DNA of 64,000 bases. It comes from Bigelowiella natans CCMP2755. Its lineage: Eukaryota > Protista > Cercozoa. The stretch's first letter is position 1; each line of letters opens with the position of its first letter. The DNA is taken from NCBI GenBank assembly GCA_000320545.1, contig ADNK01000483.1, forward strand, positions 1-64,000. Direction: 5' to 3'. This document shows, one piece after another, positions 1 through 13,900 of this stretch. The notes beneath the pieces are model-generated. The model made no database searches. It had not been told where the DNA came from and worked only from the letters and a program-made list of their open reading frames with translations. Position numbers and translations under genes: made by a program.

Positions 1-419
1 GAAACAACAAGGACTACAAAGTGTTTGGGGAGGGTTTTAAGCTGCTTCCTTTGGAAAAAAAGAAACCGGCTGAAAAGATCGACTCGCTCGAAACGTGGGG
101 GGGGGGGGGGGAGGGGGGGGGCTGTAACGAGTATGATTATGTTGTCGCAGGGTGATATTCCACCAGCCTCCGCAGCAGCATATTTGATTCTTGAGCGACC
201 CAAATCACACTTTTCTTCGATGCTCTACCACGTCCTCCCCGTCTCTCCCTCCATTTCTCATCCGTCTCTCTCTTTCTCTCTCAGGAGACTGGAGACGTTG
301 GACAATGAGTATGTTAATGCCAAGGAGCGAGTCACTGACCTGCAGGTAATAGTTGCAAAGCAAAGATGGTTAGAATCTATATTTTCTTCTCTGATCTTCT
401 CCCTAATGTATATCGTTCC

Positions 420-460
<41 letters not shown>

Positions 461-583
461 TGTATTTATTTATTTGTTTATATGTAGGCAACGCTTGAGT
501 CGGCTGAGAACGAAAGGGAGACAGCTTTGGGTATTACTACCTTCCTCTGTCTTCAGAGAGGAGGAAAGAGAGGAGAGGAGGGG

Positions 584-627
<44 letters not shown>

Positions 628-1222
628 AAGGAGAGAGGGAGAGTGTAAGATCTCTGTACTACTACTACCACTCCTACTACTAGTACTACTACTACTACTA
701 CTACTACTACGCTATTGTTTGTCTCATCGTCAATTGGCCGATGCTTGTTGTGACAATGGAACGAGGAAGAGACACGCCAAACGAAGCTGCTGCTGCTGTT
801 GATGTTGCTTTCCCCTGGCCCCTAACCCCCGCCCCTTTTCTCCTATAAAACAACAATACTAGACCGCGTAAAGAAGGATGCAGAAGCAGCGAGGGCGGTA
901 GTAAAATGTGGCCTGAATTCCCCCGACACGACACACTTTCGCGAGCAGGGAGCCGTCTCCCTGCTGCCTGCTGGAATGGATGTGCTTTTTCTATTTTTTT
1001 AAAATTTATAATGATGACATGATGAAGTAGGCACTGCCCGCAGAGCGACGTACGTGTGCACGGAGCCTTTTTGTTTATTTATTTTCATTTCAATCGATGC
1101 CATTGTTATGCAGCAAAAAGAGGAGCTCGAGATGCAGTTACAAAAGGTAAGTGGGTGGCAGGAAAGGGGAGGGGTTATTAGGGGTGGGATGGCATCTAGG
1201 AGCCCCAAACAAATATAAATAT

Positions 1223-1264
<42 letters not shown>

Positions 1265-1501
1265 GTGTGTTTCCTGAAAAAGACTTCGTCCAGCGCCGAG
1301 CAGACTGAAACGCTGCAAGCACAAGTGAAGGCTTTGAAGGCGAGGCTGGAAGAGGTGGTTTTCTTGCATGGAAGGATGGATAGATCCCCGGCGTATTATA
1401 CATCATTTCGCAGTTGGGGGAGTGTGTGCGCGCGAAGTTGCGGCAGAGTGACAAATGAGATGCACCATTCGTTGCAATATTCCTTCTCCCCCGTGTGTGT
1501 T

Positions 1502-1552
<51 letters not shown>

Positions 1553-1646
1553 TAGAAACATAATTTCGACGTAAAAGGGTTATTTGCTGTACATATACCT
1601 TGGGTTGTCGGTCCCCCGATGTGAATGCTGTCACAAGATATTGACG

Positions 1647-1679
<33 letters not shown>

Positions 1680-2132
1680 GGATCACGGTTGTTTCCCCGT
1701 TCAGGCGCTGGATGAAGTCGAGGGCGCACAGCAAATAACGATGGATGTGGAAAAGGAGTACAAAGACAAGTAATTATGCTGCAAACTGCTGCAGTCTGTC
1801 GTCGTCCATTGTTGGTGCTTCGTATCGCCACACGCTGTAGAGAGGGTTGGAGATTGAGAGTTGGTGCTTCACCTTCGTGGCCAGCAAGCAATCACCATCA
1901 TGCGTGATCAACATAGATCGTCGTCGTCGTTGTCTTTCATCTGCCCGTGTTTGCATGCTGTGTTCTTCTATCTCGCGCAGGATCGAGAATCTGAAGGCTG
2001 AGCTCGAGATCGCACGGTTAATGGAGGTCTCTCGAGAAGAGGACACCGAGAATCTCGCCGCCCAGCTCGACTCCCTCGTCGACGAAGAGGCGCAGGCAGC
2101 TGCGGCCGCGGTCGTATTGTGCTACTCGTAAT

Positions 2133-2169
<37 letters not shown>

Positions 2170-2531
2170 TGTTTATTTTGTGCACTAAACATCACCCACC
2201 CTCCTCCTCCTAATGGTAACAACAACAACAACTACCTCTATTATTACTTAGGCATCTGGCATCGACGCTCTTGTAGACTCCGAGCTGTTAGGCGTTACAG
2301 CAGCGCAAGCAGACGAAGCTACTGAAGCTGCCGCTGCTACTACTACCGCTGCTGCCTCTCCCCTCTCCTTCGTCCAGGCTTCGGTGGAGAAAGTGAAAGC
2401 TACGTTCAATGCGGCAGATAGCGAAACTTCGACGACAGCAAAAACGACGAAGAAGGAGGCGGCGGCGGAGAAGCAAAAGCCGCTGAGTAAAATGAATAAG
2501 AAAGGTGAACCCAACCGATGATGGATGATAA

Positions 2532-2564
<33 letters not shown>

Positions 2565-3079
2565 GTGGTGGGGGTAGTGAAGATGGTGATGACGATACCG
2601 GTGCAAATAATTATGCATTAAATACGGATCTTCTTCTTCTTCTTCTTCTTCTTCTTCTTCTTCTTCTGGTCGCGGTCATCAGAACTTGTGGAGGAGTGCC
2701 AGAGCCTAGGGTTGAACACCAAGGGGAAGGTATATTAGAGAGCGACAGAAGAAGGAAAAGAAGAAGAAGAAGAAGAAGAAGAAGAAGAAGAAGAGCTATG
2801 AATTCGTTCGCATATATCTGGCCTTAGCTTATCACAGCAGGCGTCTTGCCTCGACTTAAACTGTTGGGAAGTGCGCGCGCGCGCGCACACACACACACAC
2901 ATGCACATGCACATGCACATGCACAAATACACACTTGGTAAGAGTGATATACACTGCGAGGAAGATATAAAAAATGTATAATATATAAATATTATACATA
3001 CATAATATACGCTATTGAAAAGGTACCTGAGCTACGGGTTCGTATCCGAACGGCGAGGAAAGAATTGAAGGCGAATTAG
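1..3079 (+). CDS. Multi-exon coiled-coil protein with C-terminal SAP domain (5' end outside window)
   Basis: GT-AG exons give E/K/L-rich heptads (LETLDNEYVNAKERVTDLQ; RIENLKAELEIARLMEVSREED). The last three exons join to PLSKMNKK|ELVEECQSLGLNTKGK|VPELRVRIRTARKELKAN* (TAG 3077-3079), which fits the SAP pattern LxxLxxxELxxxLxxxGLxxxGxKxELxxRL. Confidence 0.7.
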
Positions 3080-4578
3080 CCCTTGTCCACGGAAGTGGTA
3101 GACCCGCTGAATTTTTCACGGCGGTGCTGCACACCTTGACACTCCCAGCTACATACATGAAACACAAAGTATTTGTTGACTTATTAAGTTGTGCATGTAC
3201 GCCACGATGATTATACATATACCTGCATACATAGCGACATCTTAGACATCCAACATGCTGCTTACGCTAATAATAGCGAACTATCAGACGTCTAGATGTG
3301 TACGTATTACTAGCTGACGATGACGTGATGCGACTACGTGCGCATTTGTGGTGCATGCGTGCGCCACCGCGGATGATCAATCGAAGCGTAGAGCGTGCTA
3401 GCGTGGCCTACTGTGAGACGGATGTATCGTAATGGATCAAATCTTTTCAATGCTCCTGCTGCTTGTCGATCATCCTAACAATGTTGCTAGCTGTGGCCTG
3501 CTAGCCTGTTACATGGTCTCACATGCACACGACACAAATGTCAGCCGCAGCGCTATAGCAGTATTAGAGCGCTGAACCAACAAAAGTAGGCTCAAAAATT
3601 AATGCCATCATATCAGTGTGACCAACTAGCTAGCTAGCCAGCTCGTCTAGATAGAGCTTTTGACGCGCTAGCTAGCAGGCTAAAATGCAGCGCGTGATGG
3701 TCGCACAGTGCAGTGACAGAGCAGCAGCAGTGTGATGTGATCGACAGTCGACAGCACATGCGATGCACGCTAGCACGCCACACATCTAGACAACATGGCG
3801 CATGTGTCGAATGCAAGATGTCAGCTCTATCTTGCTAGAGCATACATAGCATAGATCAGCCTAACATGCGCTGGACAGTTTGAATGTTATGACACATTGC
3901 ACGACATCTTGCAAGACCGTGCACGCGCTCTATCAAATTGTGCAATTAGATGTGCGGTAGCGGTGTTAGTCTAGCAGTGCAACGAACATGATTCGGGCTA
4001 GCTGGTGTGTGTGTGTGTGTGTGCTGTTCCTATCGCCACTATTTGTACGGTTGGCTATGTGTTCACAAAAAGGTAAAAACTCATCCAGAACATTTAGGTA
4101 GATGTCTAGGGTGTTTGTATGTAAGTAAATGCTTAGTAGGCATAGCACACGTATATATGTATTTTTACATATAATACATTATGTATATACTAATATTTAC
4201 CTGTGTATCTAATATGACATTTAGATTTACTACATTCTATTATATGTGCGTTTGTGTGCGAAGAACGTCTCAAATTGTGTTGTGAGAGATGTTAGTGAGT
4301 GATGAGTGGTGAACAGTATCTTAGTACCCGTAGAAACATTTTTAACTACAACCATGCGAACTACATGAAAAAGAAAAAAGCTATGACACTCATGAGTCCA
4401 TCTAGCATCTGTCGTGATTTTCAGAGTAGAGAATGTCCTTTCGGTACATTCAAGTTGTGAATACGGTAGTACTCTTATCATGTGTAAAGCATATGGGCTC
4501 TTTTTATTCAATGTTTTAAGTTCCGTTCATGCAAGAAAACTACATCATTCTGCACATAGTTCCAACCTAGTAAGATAA

Positions 4579-5005
4579 TTAATTGGTGCCGAAAGGGATG
4601 TTTCCTATTTCTGTCTTTTCAAGCCCTGAAAGCAGAGGAAAATCAGGTTTGGAAAATGATTTCAAAACAAAAATCATGATTCGTACCATGTGGAAGCGAC
4701 TGTTTGATCTTCTTAATCTTGACTGGGTTCTTTTCAGTAAGTGTCCACAGGTAACGGCTCAATCGAAGCTTGAACTTTACTGAGTCTTTGCACTTCTTCA
4801 TCTTGATGTATCGTGCTTCTTTGGTGTAAGCCATTTTCAAGAATTTTTTGATGTCATCTGTTTGCTTCGGCTGTGTGGAAGGAACACCAAAAATAGGAAA
4901 ATTATCATTAATATAGAATAGACTCTCAAGATCAAGAAAGAGTGAGTGACAGATAATATATTCGGCAAGAGCAGGGGGGAGGGGCCGCAGTGCGGTGGCC
5001 ACCAT
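4579..5005 (-). CDS. RPL38: 60S ribosomal protein L38e (3 exons: 5005-5003, 4870-4687, 4625-4579)
   Basis: M|PKQTDDIKKFLKMAYTKEARYIKMKKCKDSVKFKLRLSRYLWTL...KIKQSLPHG|LEKTEIGNIPFGTN*. Matches eL38 MPKxIxDIKxFL...VKFKVRCSRYLYTL...LKQSLPPGL. Introns are GT-AG. Confidence 0.9.
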
Positions 5006-5356
5006 GATGGGCGGAGCTTTGTGATGTAATTCCCCGAAACAACTTAATTTAGCGCATTTACATCGAAAGACTTAACACTTTTCTATATTACTGCCAGAAT
5101 GCATGTTATTTTTATGAAGCGTCATAAATACGAGCCTTACGAAATTGATGCTTTTTCCCAGGAAAAATGCCCTACGACATGGGAAAGACTGAATGAATCG
5201 GCTTGGTTTTGTTTGGAAGACGATGCGGAAAAGCTGTGAAATATATATATGTGCGACATGGATTAATTAGGATTTTACGTTGAAAGATCGGCCTGCGTTG
5301 ACGAATCACGAGGCCCCCCCGACCCCAGCTCAATGTGTTCCGCATCGAGGAGAAAT

Positions 5357-7771
5357 ATGTGGATCAACGGAAATATGTTCGCCAGCCCCATGAGCCCATT
5401 GTTAGTAGCTTTATTTGCAATCTCCTCCTGTTCAGGGGCCAACCCCATTAAGGAGAAAGTGACATCAGCGATGGATTCAGTTAAGACCAAGGTGGAATAG
5501 ATCGCCTGCCACGTGTTAGACAGAATCGTTAGGAGCCATCTACATGTAATGACCGTTTTTGATTCGTGAAATCTAGGTGATCGACGCTGAATTCGCAAAG
5601 GCTGATAGTGATCATAGCAATAGCATCAGCAGAGAGGTGGCAATTTTCAATATGTCAGTGTACGACGGAAGAGACGTACGTGACGTCATGTAGATTGGAG
5701 CTTCGTGAGACAAAAGATCTTCTCCTAGTGTGATACTAATGTGTAATTTTTTACCACATTGTGAATAAAACAGGAATTTGAGGTTTTTGTACTCGGAAAC
5801 GAGGTGTGTCACAAACGCAGCAGTAGTTTCAATTGCTCCTCATATATTGCTTTATCCTTTTTGCTCGCAGATGGTAGCTGTTCCCCGTGACAAGAAGAAT
5901 GCTGCAGAGGTGAATACAGTTGCTATGCTCAACCCTTTCCCGAAGACTCAACTGTAGCCTTGATTAGTTCGCATCCGGTTTGGAGTTACCTCTGAAAAAT
6001 ACTCATACTGAGCCTGGACAGCATTCGTTCGATTCCAACCCGGTCTGAACGTAGAATAGCGCAGAGGAATCACCTGCATCATTGAGACTATCATAAAGGA
6101 ATCGACGTGTTCATGTTATTATCGGATTTTCAGGCGGTATCAGAGGAATTTAAGAAAACATTTGATAAGGTATCGTCGTTGTGTGCAGGGGGGGAAACTC
6201 AGGTCATCTAATAATAGGATTTTGTGGTTGGTGTGTGCTCCAGATCGAAAATTTTGGAGTGGAATTTTGGTCCGCATTCTTCAAATCTGTAGCTATGATT
6301 ATTGCTACAGAGCTAGGGTATTCTAAAATCAACGAGTATCCGATGATATGATCTGGTACCTTGTGACAAAAGCGCAATATTTTGCTTGGTGCATAGAGAT
6401 AAGACGTTTTTCATCGCCGCAATTATGGCTATGAAGGTAAGATACTATGCGATTTTTTACACATGTGAGTAGTGATAGCAAATCTGAGAATATGGATGAT
6501 CAGCATAGCCGAACTTTGGTGTATAGTGGAGCTGTGGCTGCCCTTGCCTTCATGACAGGTAATTGTTCATCTCTACAACACATCATACCGTGCAACGTTG
6601 ACGCAAGCCACTCTAATAATGGTTAATGCGGCTGGATGACAGTACTTTCCGTGGCAATCGGGTTCGCACTTCCCAAGTTGATACCGAAGGACTATACTCA
6701 CTACCTCGCTGTGGTAATAGTAATAATGTTGTTATTGCAAGACATGGACATACCAGAAAATACCAACATATCACAACGTAAACTAAAACATTCGATTATG
6801 AGTTGCTGCTGCCACGCACGACTTGAAAGACCCTATACTGTTGTCACACTACAATTTAGGCACTTTTCGCTTACTTCGGATATAAATTGCTTAACGAGGC
6901 CTATGAAGTGAGATCATAAAGAGAGAAAAAGAATTTTGGTGATGGGGATTCGATGACATCGCGTTGTAATAACGTTCTCCCGAATTACAACAGATGTACA
7001 AGGCACCCCCGGAGAAAAATGAAGAGCTTGAGGAAGTAGAGGAGGAGCTAGGTTAAAAAAAAAAAGGAAAACACAGAAAACAGAGAGAGGATGAAAGCAC
7101 CTTCAGCATAAGACTTTCGCTGAAATTGACCTCTATTCTGTAGGAAAAGGAATGAACGGCAAAAAGGGGGGGGGGCACAAGAACTTCCTAGAGAAAAGAT
7201 TAGAGTACGTTTTTGTTCCCGATCTGCTTTGGGCAACAGTCATGACATAGCTAACGTTCATCAGGAGGTTCATACCAGTCGTTTTTGGTCAAGCCTTTGC
7301 TCTGACCTTTTTAGCTGAATGGGGAGATCGATCTCAGATTGCAACAATTGCCCTCGCCTCGTCGAAAGTCAGTGATTACCGCTTAAACCTTGCGATACCC
7401 AGGCTGCGGTTCTTTGTTGTAATACTGATACCGGGTTCCTTATCTGTGCTCGTCTCTAGGATCCTTTCGGCGTTACAGTTGGTGGAACACTCGGACACGC
7501 CTTCTGTACCGGTCTTGCAGTGGTACTAGCACAGTATATTCGCATCGATAATGAGTGGGGGAAAGATTAAGAACGTTTCAACTTTTTCACAGATTGGTGG
7601 AAGGCTCTTAGCTACAAGAATATCAGAGCAACAGGTAGTCTGGTGCAATATCATGTTGTAAAAAACATGTGATGCTAATATGTTATAACCCCACGTGTTT
7701 GGAAGGTTGCTTTCTTCGGTGGCATCTTGTTCTGGGCGTTTGCAATTCATGAGCTATACGTTGGACCATGA
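5357..7771 (+). CDS. GDT1: GDT1/TMEM165 (UPF0016) Golgi Ca2+/Mn2+ transporter, multi-exon, with N-terminal signal peptide-like segment
   Basis: Spliced exons give both UPF0016 motifs: IIATELG|DKTFFIAAIMAMK and FLAEWGDRSQIATIALAS, plus GGTLGHAFCTGLAV|IGGRLLATRISEQQ. Stop TGA 7769-7771. The first exon (MWINGNMFASPMSPLLVALFAISSCSGA) and the start position are less certain. Confidence 0.92.
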
Positions 7772-7899
7772 TAACACGTTGTTACATCGCGTTTATTTGA
7801 TGACAAAATTTAATCTAAAATCCTGTGAGGTGAAAAGTCAATCATGTAGTAACACATGAACAGACGGGAGTACGTTGTTGGAGTAAAGTGAATTCACGT

Positions 7900-8780
7900 A
7901 TCTAGCTAGCTAGATATGCTAGTATGTCTAGACGTTACATAATTACCGATTCTAATGGAAGGCAATGTGCATGCAGGCTTGTATGTCGCGCATGCTAGCA
8001 TGACACACTCGAGTTGCATCATTCCAGCATTCTAGCATATTGCAGATTGCGGACTGGAAGTCTCCGTGTGATGATGTTCAATCGACAAGCTAGCAAGTCT
8101 AGCAGTTTTTGTTTTAGAGTTGCGTGCTAGTATGCTAGCTAATAACGCTAGCATGCTAGCATGTTTCTTTCGGTGAATGCATCATCACTAGCTCTCTAGG
8201 CTAGCTAGAGTGTACTAGCTAGCTAGCTTGCTAGTGTAGCATGTATAAATTCTAGATGTCTAGCTACTAGATGTGTTGACCATGTTAGCATGCTAGCATG
8301 CTAGCATACGATGCTATCTGCTCTAGCTAGCTGCTAGTGCTAGACGATGCAACGTCTAGTACTAGCTAGCTAGCTAGCTAGAGTAGATGCATACAGATGG
8401 CACACACACACAATAATAGAATGCTCGACGTATGGCTAGTACACTAGCTACATGTAGCTATTACATATCTAGATATGAATAGTGTCGACACACGCTTATA
8501 TAGACACGCTCGCTAGCTCGCCATCTAGCCATCTAGCCATGCCAATAGCACTAGAGCATCTCTAGATCTAGGCATGCTAGCATGTGTGCCGGCACGATAT
8601 GCCTAGATATGTGCCATCCACCTGATTTTAGCATTGTCTAGTATACTATATAAGATCTAGAGATTGTCACTAGCTAGCTAGCAATCTAGATCAGCGCGCG
8701 TGGATCAGTTGTTGCTTATAGTGCCGTTACACAGGTCTGCGTATTGTCGTAGCCAGCGCAGCACACCAGCACGCTACTTG
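7900..8780. repeat. CTAG/GCTAGC/CATG-rich low-complexity spacer (clearest example of a recurring spacer type)
   Basis: Dense gctagctagc, gcatgctagcatgctagcat and tctaga between the convergent GDT1 and MAPK 3' ends; no credible ORF. Confidence 0.8.
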
Positions 8781-8795
8781 CCGAGAGAAAGGGTG

Positions 8796-8843
<48 letters not shown>

Positions 8844-9006
8844 ATGAATAAATAGGCCTGTCTTCTATTAACCACGAACAGAACAGAGAGTAGTACTGGT
8901 AAGCAGAGTGGCTGATTCAATCTCATTTATTTTTTTAATCCGACAGATAGAAAGAGCTCCTAGTTGAGCAATCCAGTCGAGCAACCGTCAACATCTCTTA
9001 TTAATA

Positions 9007-10213
9007 TTAAGGTTCATAATTTTTGGCCTCAAGTAGAAATTCCCTCTTCAGGTCCTCATGTGACCTTAATTTTTTCTCAAAACTAAAATCAAATTTCTCC
9101 TCACAAACGATTTCGTGAGCTGGTTTTCTAATCCCCCCCCTATAAAACGGATGATCCAGTGCTTCGTCAACACTAATTCGCTTGTGAGGATTGAATTGCA
9201 GCATTTTCATCATCAGGTCCAATGCATCTTTGTCTATATCAGCATACATTTGGGGTAGAAGATTTTCCGATTTCAATGAATTTCCATATTTTTCGACGAA
9301 CTTTTTCGCATGTTCGTTGGTTATGAAGCTTAAATCTTCAGGCTTCGGTGCTCCAAGGACCTTGAGGTATTCAGAAACTTGATCTCTGGAATCACTGCCA
9401 CGGAAAACGGCCATGGAGTTCAGCAAGAATACATCCTACAGCCCAAACATCTATCTTCTCATCGTATGAATCGCAAACCATTACCTCAGGAGCCCGATAC
9501 CATCTTGTTACAACATAATCAGTTACGGCAGAATTCTCATCTACGCCTCGGGATAGACCGAAGTCGCAGATCTTCAGCTCCGAGTTAGCATTCAGCAGAA
9601 GATTCGCTGGCTTCAAATCGCGGTGCCAGATTGCCGCAGAATGCATATATTTCAGTCCGCAAAGAAGCTGGTAGGTTATGAATTGATGGTGAACCTTCTC
9701 TAAAACATTTTTCGATTGAATTATTTTTCGAAGATCAGTCTGCATCAGCTCAAATACTATGTACACCACGTTGAAGTCCTCCTTGGGCTCTAAGAAAAAA
9801 TCTACCAGCTTCACAATGTTTCCGTGTTTGCTGAGATGACGTAGGATTTTCACCTCACGCAATATCCTTTTAGCATCTGTTTCATCATCTAGGAGACGGT
9901 CGACCCGCTTGATAGCAACCTTTTTATTTGTGAAAGTATCCAGAGCTGATGCAACATGCCCGTATGCACCATTTCCTAAGGTGTTCTTTAACTGGTAGCG
10001 TTCGTCGCAATGGTACCATGTTGAATCTAGCTGGATCTTCACGAACCGTCTTGCCTTACGTACTCTAGATTGGTTGTTTTGCAAGCTTGGCTTCGGTATC
10101 CTGTCAAGAATTCCTTCCTTAGCGTCATTTGACTCCCGCTTTGCCTCGCCTTCATCCCTCCCACGATTCTTGCCTTTCTTTCCTTTTTTCTTCTTGCTTA
10201 GCTTGACCCCCAT
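9007..10213 (-). CDS. Mitogen-activated protein kinase (TDY activation motif), intronless, reading frame broken at about 9400-9412
   Basis: GNGAYGHV, VAIKR, HRDLKPANLL, DFGLSR, TDYVVTRWYRAPE in ORF 9392-10465. The kinase C-lobe (DLMMKMLQFNPHKRISVDEALDHPF) is in ORF 9007-9426 in another frame. Likely start MGVKLSKKKK at 10213. Confidence 0.9.
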
Positions 10214-10321
10214 TTTCGACCAGTAACAAGCACGTGTGTTTCCAAGGAAGAAGATAAAGCTGCGGACAACAGCCAGGTGGAGCGGCCAGGTGAGATTCGA
10301 GAGAAACAGGGAATTGATTAC

Positions 10322-10431
<110 letters not shown>

Positions 10432-10954
10432 AAAATAGCAACTTTGCAAGTACAAAATACACCAAAAATGGACAGAAGAGACAGAACTAAGAGACAATAC
10501 AGACATGAAAACACTGACGACAAATGTGCTGCGCGGTGCAAAAGCACCGATACTACTACAGGCCGTAGTACTGCCTAAGCTGCTGCTGCTGCTCCGAGTG
10601 TGCTCTGGTAAAAATGGGTGCGACTTTGGTGTTTTCGCCAAAGAATCCAACGGTAGGCGCAGCTGAGACAGAATTGCAGGCATTAACTCCGAGAAAAACA
10701 GCAAAAAACAACAACAGGGCAACAACAATCCGAAAGAGGAGAGGGAAACGGCATCCGTTAGCGAGTGTTCGAATTTCGCTGTTCTCTTCTTCTCAATGAG
10801 ACTTTTTGCTGTTCTTTTCTCAACGAAAAAGCAGCAGCTTTCATAGCTGAAACCAGCGCATCTGACTTAACTTGAAGACGCAAAAGGAAAGGGACTCCGC
10901 CCCTATCCGCGGTTGCAAGCCCCCCTTTTCAAACCCAGGATTAGAAGACTGGCC

Positions 10955-13900
10955 ATGCCCAAGACCAAGTGATGAGCGAATGCTTTCTCCGATTACAGTC
11001 ATTACTCCGCTGCGTGCCTGAAATAGTTGGTCGTTTTCACAGGAGCAATAAATGGAGTGTCGGGACTGTCGTACTTGATGGTAGAGGAAAGTGGCCAGCT
11101 ATGGTAAAGCTGAACAAAATTGTTGATATGTCAATCATGCACTCATCATACGATGATGATTATAGGTATGGGATGAGTCACTTTTGGACGAGGAGGTCCT
11201 TAAGAAAAAGGGGAAAGGTAATCATAATGGTATCTATCCTATGGCGAGGAATACGTGAACTGAGTGAGATGAAACACAGGAAATAAAATTCCGATAAGAT
11301 ACATCGGTGAAAATCGGCAGTTTGGATGGGTTCCTCAAAAAAGGATTGGCAAATTCGATGATAACAAGGCATGATTTAATCATTTGATAAAGATTAACAG
11401 TAAACTGAGAAATTTTTCGTTTTACAGGTGCCCAAAAATAAACGAATAGCTTTTGAACATGCTCGACGGTTGTTAAATGGCGAGGCAATAGAAGGATACG
11501 GAGACGAATGGAAAGGTAGAATGGTACCTCTCCACATCATTTCTACTTTGATTTTTTCCATCTAAAGGCGTACTTGCTCAAAAAGTGGCTGCCGAAGACG
11601 GAGAAAGCCGCACAGCAGCAAAACAAGGCTCGAAAGTGGCTGCAGAGGAAGTTAGGAGTAACGAAAAGTCTAATATTAAAGGCGATAACATTAAATCGGT
11701 TGCAAGCAGCAAGAAAGCGACGGGGAAGGGAAAGAAGAATGCGCCCAAAAAACAGGCTGATAGAAATCGAAGCCATCGTAAGCAAGATTCTACGAAAAAG
11801 CAAACGAAGGATAAAAATACTGTTAAGGAAGAAGAACTCAGTTCTCATGCCGATGTACAAGGCGAGAGCAAGAAGGTGTAGAAAGATCTCTTATGATAAT
11901 AATGTACAAGCATAACACGGAGTTGTTTTTTTCAGAAGTCCAATCTAACAAAGACTACTCGGGAAGAAGTGATGGAGCAGCCCACCGGCGAGGAGCTGAG
12001 AGCATTGATTGAAGAGAAGATGGAGGATATATTCAAGAATCGGAGAGACGAGCTTATGGAAAAAAACGAATTCACAAAAAAAGGAGTATGTGATTATTCA
12101 CAGACCTGTAGGTCGCATTCCCCTGAGAAATGATGTGATGTTCTGCAGATAAGGAATCTTCTGTGCAAAGAGAACAACCTGAAGTCAACGAAAGAATTCA
12201 GGCATTTGATGATAATCTAAATTTCACATCACTCCACTCTACTCCACCCTTCATGTTCGTTAAAACCTTCAATGCAACCTGTAGGAACATAGTGAAAGAA
12301 ATCTTGCCTGCATTCTTGGAGAAGTACGTTAAGGAGGATGGCGAGCCCGATCAAGCCAGTGGAGATCACACTACACATCAAGATGACGATGATAATCAAA
12401 AGCAGTCTGTACAAAAGGGTAGTGCTCTGGAAAAAGAGGTGAAGGATGAGAAAGTTATCGTTAAAGAGGAGAAGGATGTATTGGATGCTGCAAAAGACGA
12501 AGCAGAAAAGGTAGACGAACTCTGTCAGTGTTCATGTCAGAGGTACAATAATTTTGTCTTTTTTGAAAGTCTAAAATAGCAAAGACTGGGAAAGAGAACG
12601 AGATGGAAGTGGATCAGCCAACTGGCAAGCAGCTAGAGGCCGGAAATGACGATGCGGAATCAGTAAAGGAAGACCATGATCAGGAAAAACCAAAAAGGAG
12701 AATACAGCCCGAGCTTCAAGCCAAGAAAGAGAAAAAGAGTGCCAAATTGAAGAGTAGTCCTCCGGAAAAGCAGGTGAATGCACGGTTCGCCGCTAGTTGA
12801 TTGTATTGTCACAAGTATATACATTTTGTCAGAAAAAAGAAGCAGCAAAACTCTTGAGGATTCAGGCGATATGCACCAATTACAAGTAATACATACAGAA
12901 ATAGCTGGTAGATGTAGATGGGAAGAGAGTACAATAGTCAGAACCGATGCGCCAAAACTAGTCCTCCCGCTGTAAATTGGAGATAAAATATAGAATACAG
13001 CTCTCGATGTCAACTTCTCTGTACGTATGAAGGCAACAAATTAAAGACTTGGATCAGGAGAGAAAAGAGGAAATCGAAAGGACGAGCGAGCTGAAGAACG
13101 AAATCGAGCGTTTAAAAGAGGAAGGTGATACCTCTACCGAATTGTTACGGTGGTTTTCTTCGATCTTTTCATCTTAATAATGTTCAGTTCTTTTACATGG
13201 AATTGAGGAATACACATACCTACACAGTTTCAGAGCATATGCAAAAAATAAAAGATGAGAAAAAACGAAGTGGTGACTTGCAAGCTTTCCGCCAAGAAAA
13301 GAGATTCGCGTACCGGAAAAAGGAATCGAAGGTGCCCCTTGATGATCTGTACCAAGGATGAACAAATTATGGAATTCAATTTAACGTGTTAATGATTAGG
13401 CCAAGGTTGAGGCAGGCTCGACGAAGAAGCGAAAGAAGATTCCGAAGAAGTCTGCCAAAATTGTGATGAAGGAGAAACAAACAAAGCTGAAGAAGAAACT
13501 CGAGAAAATTATGAAGCATAGGGTGGAGGAACCTGCTGAACTGGAAGAAGAGAAGGGGCACAATCGACGTAGAGATCGTTCACCGCAACGTAGAGATCGT
13601 TCACCGCCACGTAGGGATCGTTCACCGCTACGTAGGAATCGTTCACCGCTACGTAGAAACGCACCTGAGGCCTCGACGCAAAGAGACCACTCGTATCATC
13701 ATTCTCGACACAACCTTCCCCGGCAGCCAGAAAGGGGGAGATACTCTTCATCATTTTATGGAGGAGCCGCTCCCTCACAGCAGCAGCAGCAACAGCAGCA
13801 TCTTTCTCACCATCCCAACCAAGCAGCCCCCTACTCCCGCCCAGATCATCATTCTCGACAGGTACAGCAGCAATCTTTGCATCCTCAAACTTCGGTGGTA

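Noticed and set aside
25-2932. Many ORF-track entries with YIYIYI, THTHTH, ERERER or poly-L/poly-D runs (also at 35-43 kb and 49-64 kb)
   Set aside because: They are translations of intronic microsatellites or antisense frames, not genes.
4579-5005. Divergent RPL38 as a possible endosymbiont-compartment ribosomal protein
   Set aside because: No N-terminal targeting extension; the divergence is compatible with an ordinary protist cytosolic eL38.
6552-6642. 7-nt direct repeat (atgacag) at both ends of a GDT1 intron, suggesting an introner target-site duplication
   Set aside because: Single case, no terminal inverted repeats, and no similar introns elsewhere in the window.
9392-9394. In-frame TGA in the MAPK as selenocysteine or readthrough
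   Set aside because: Kinase homology continues in a different frame, so readthrough would not restore the protein.
13568-13665. Regularly spaced 21-bp repeats as a possible CRISPR array
   Set aside because: The repeats abut with no spacers, lie in frame in a eukaryotic exon, and no cas genes are present.
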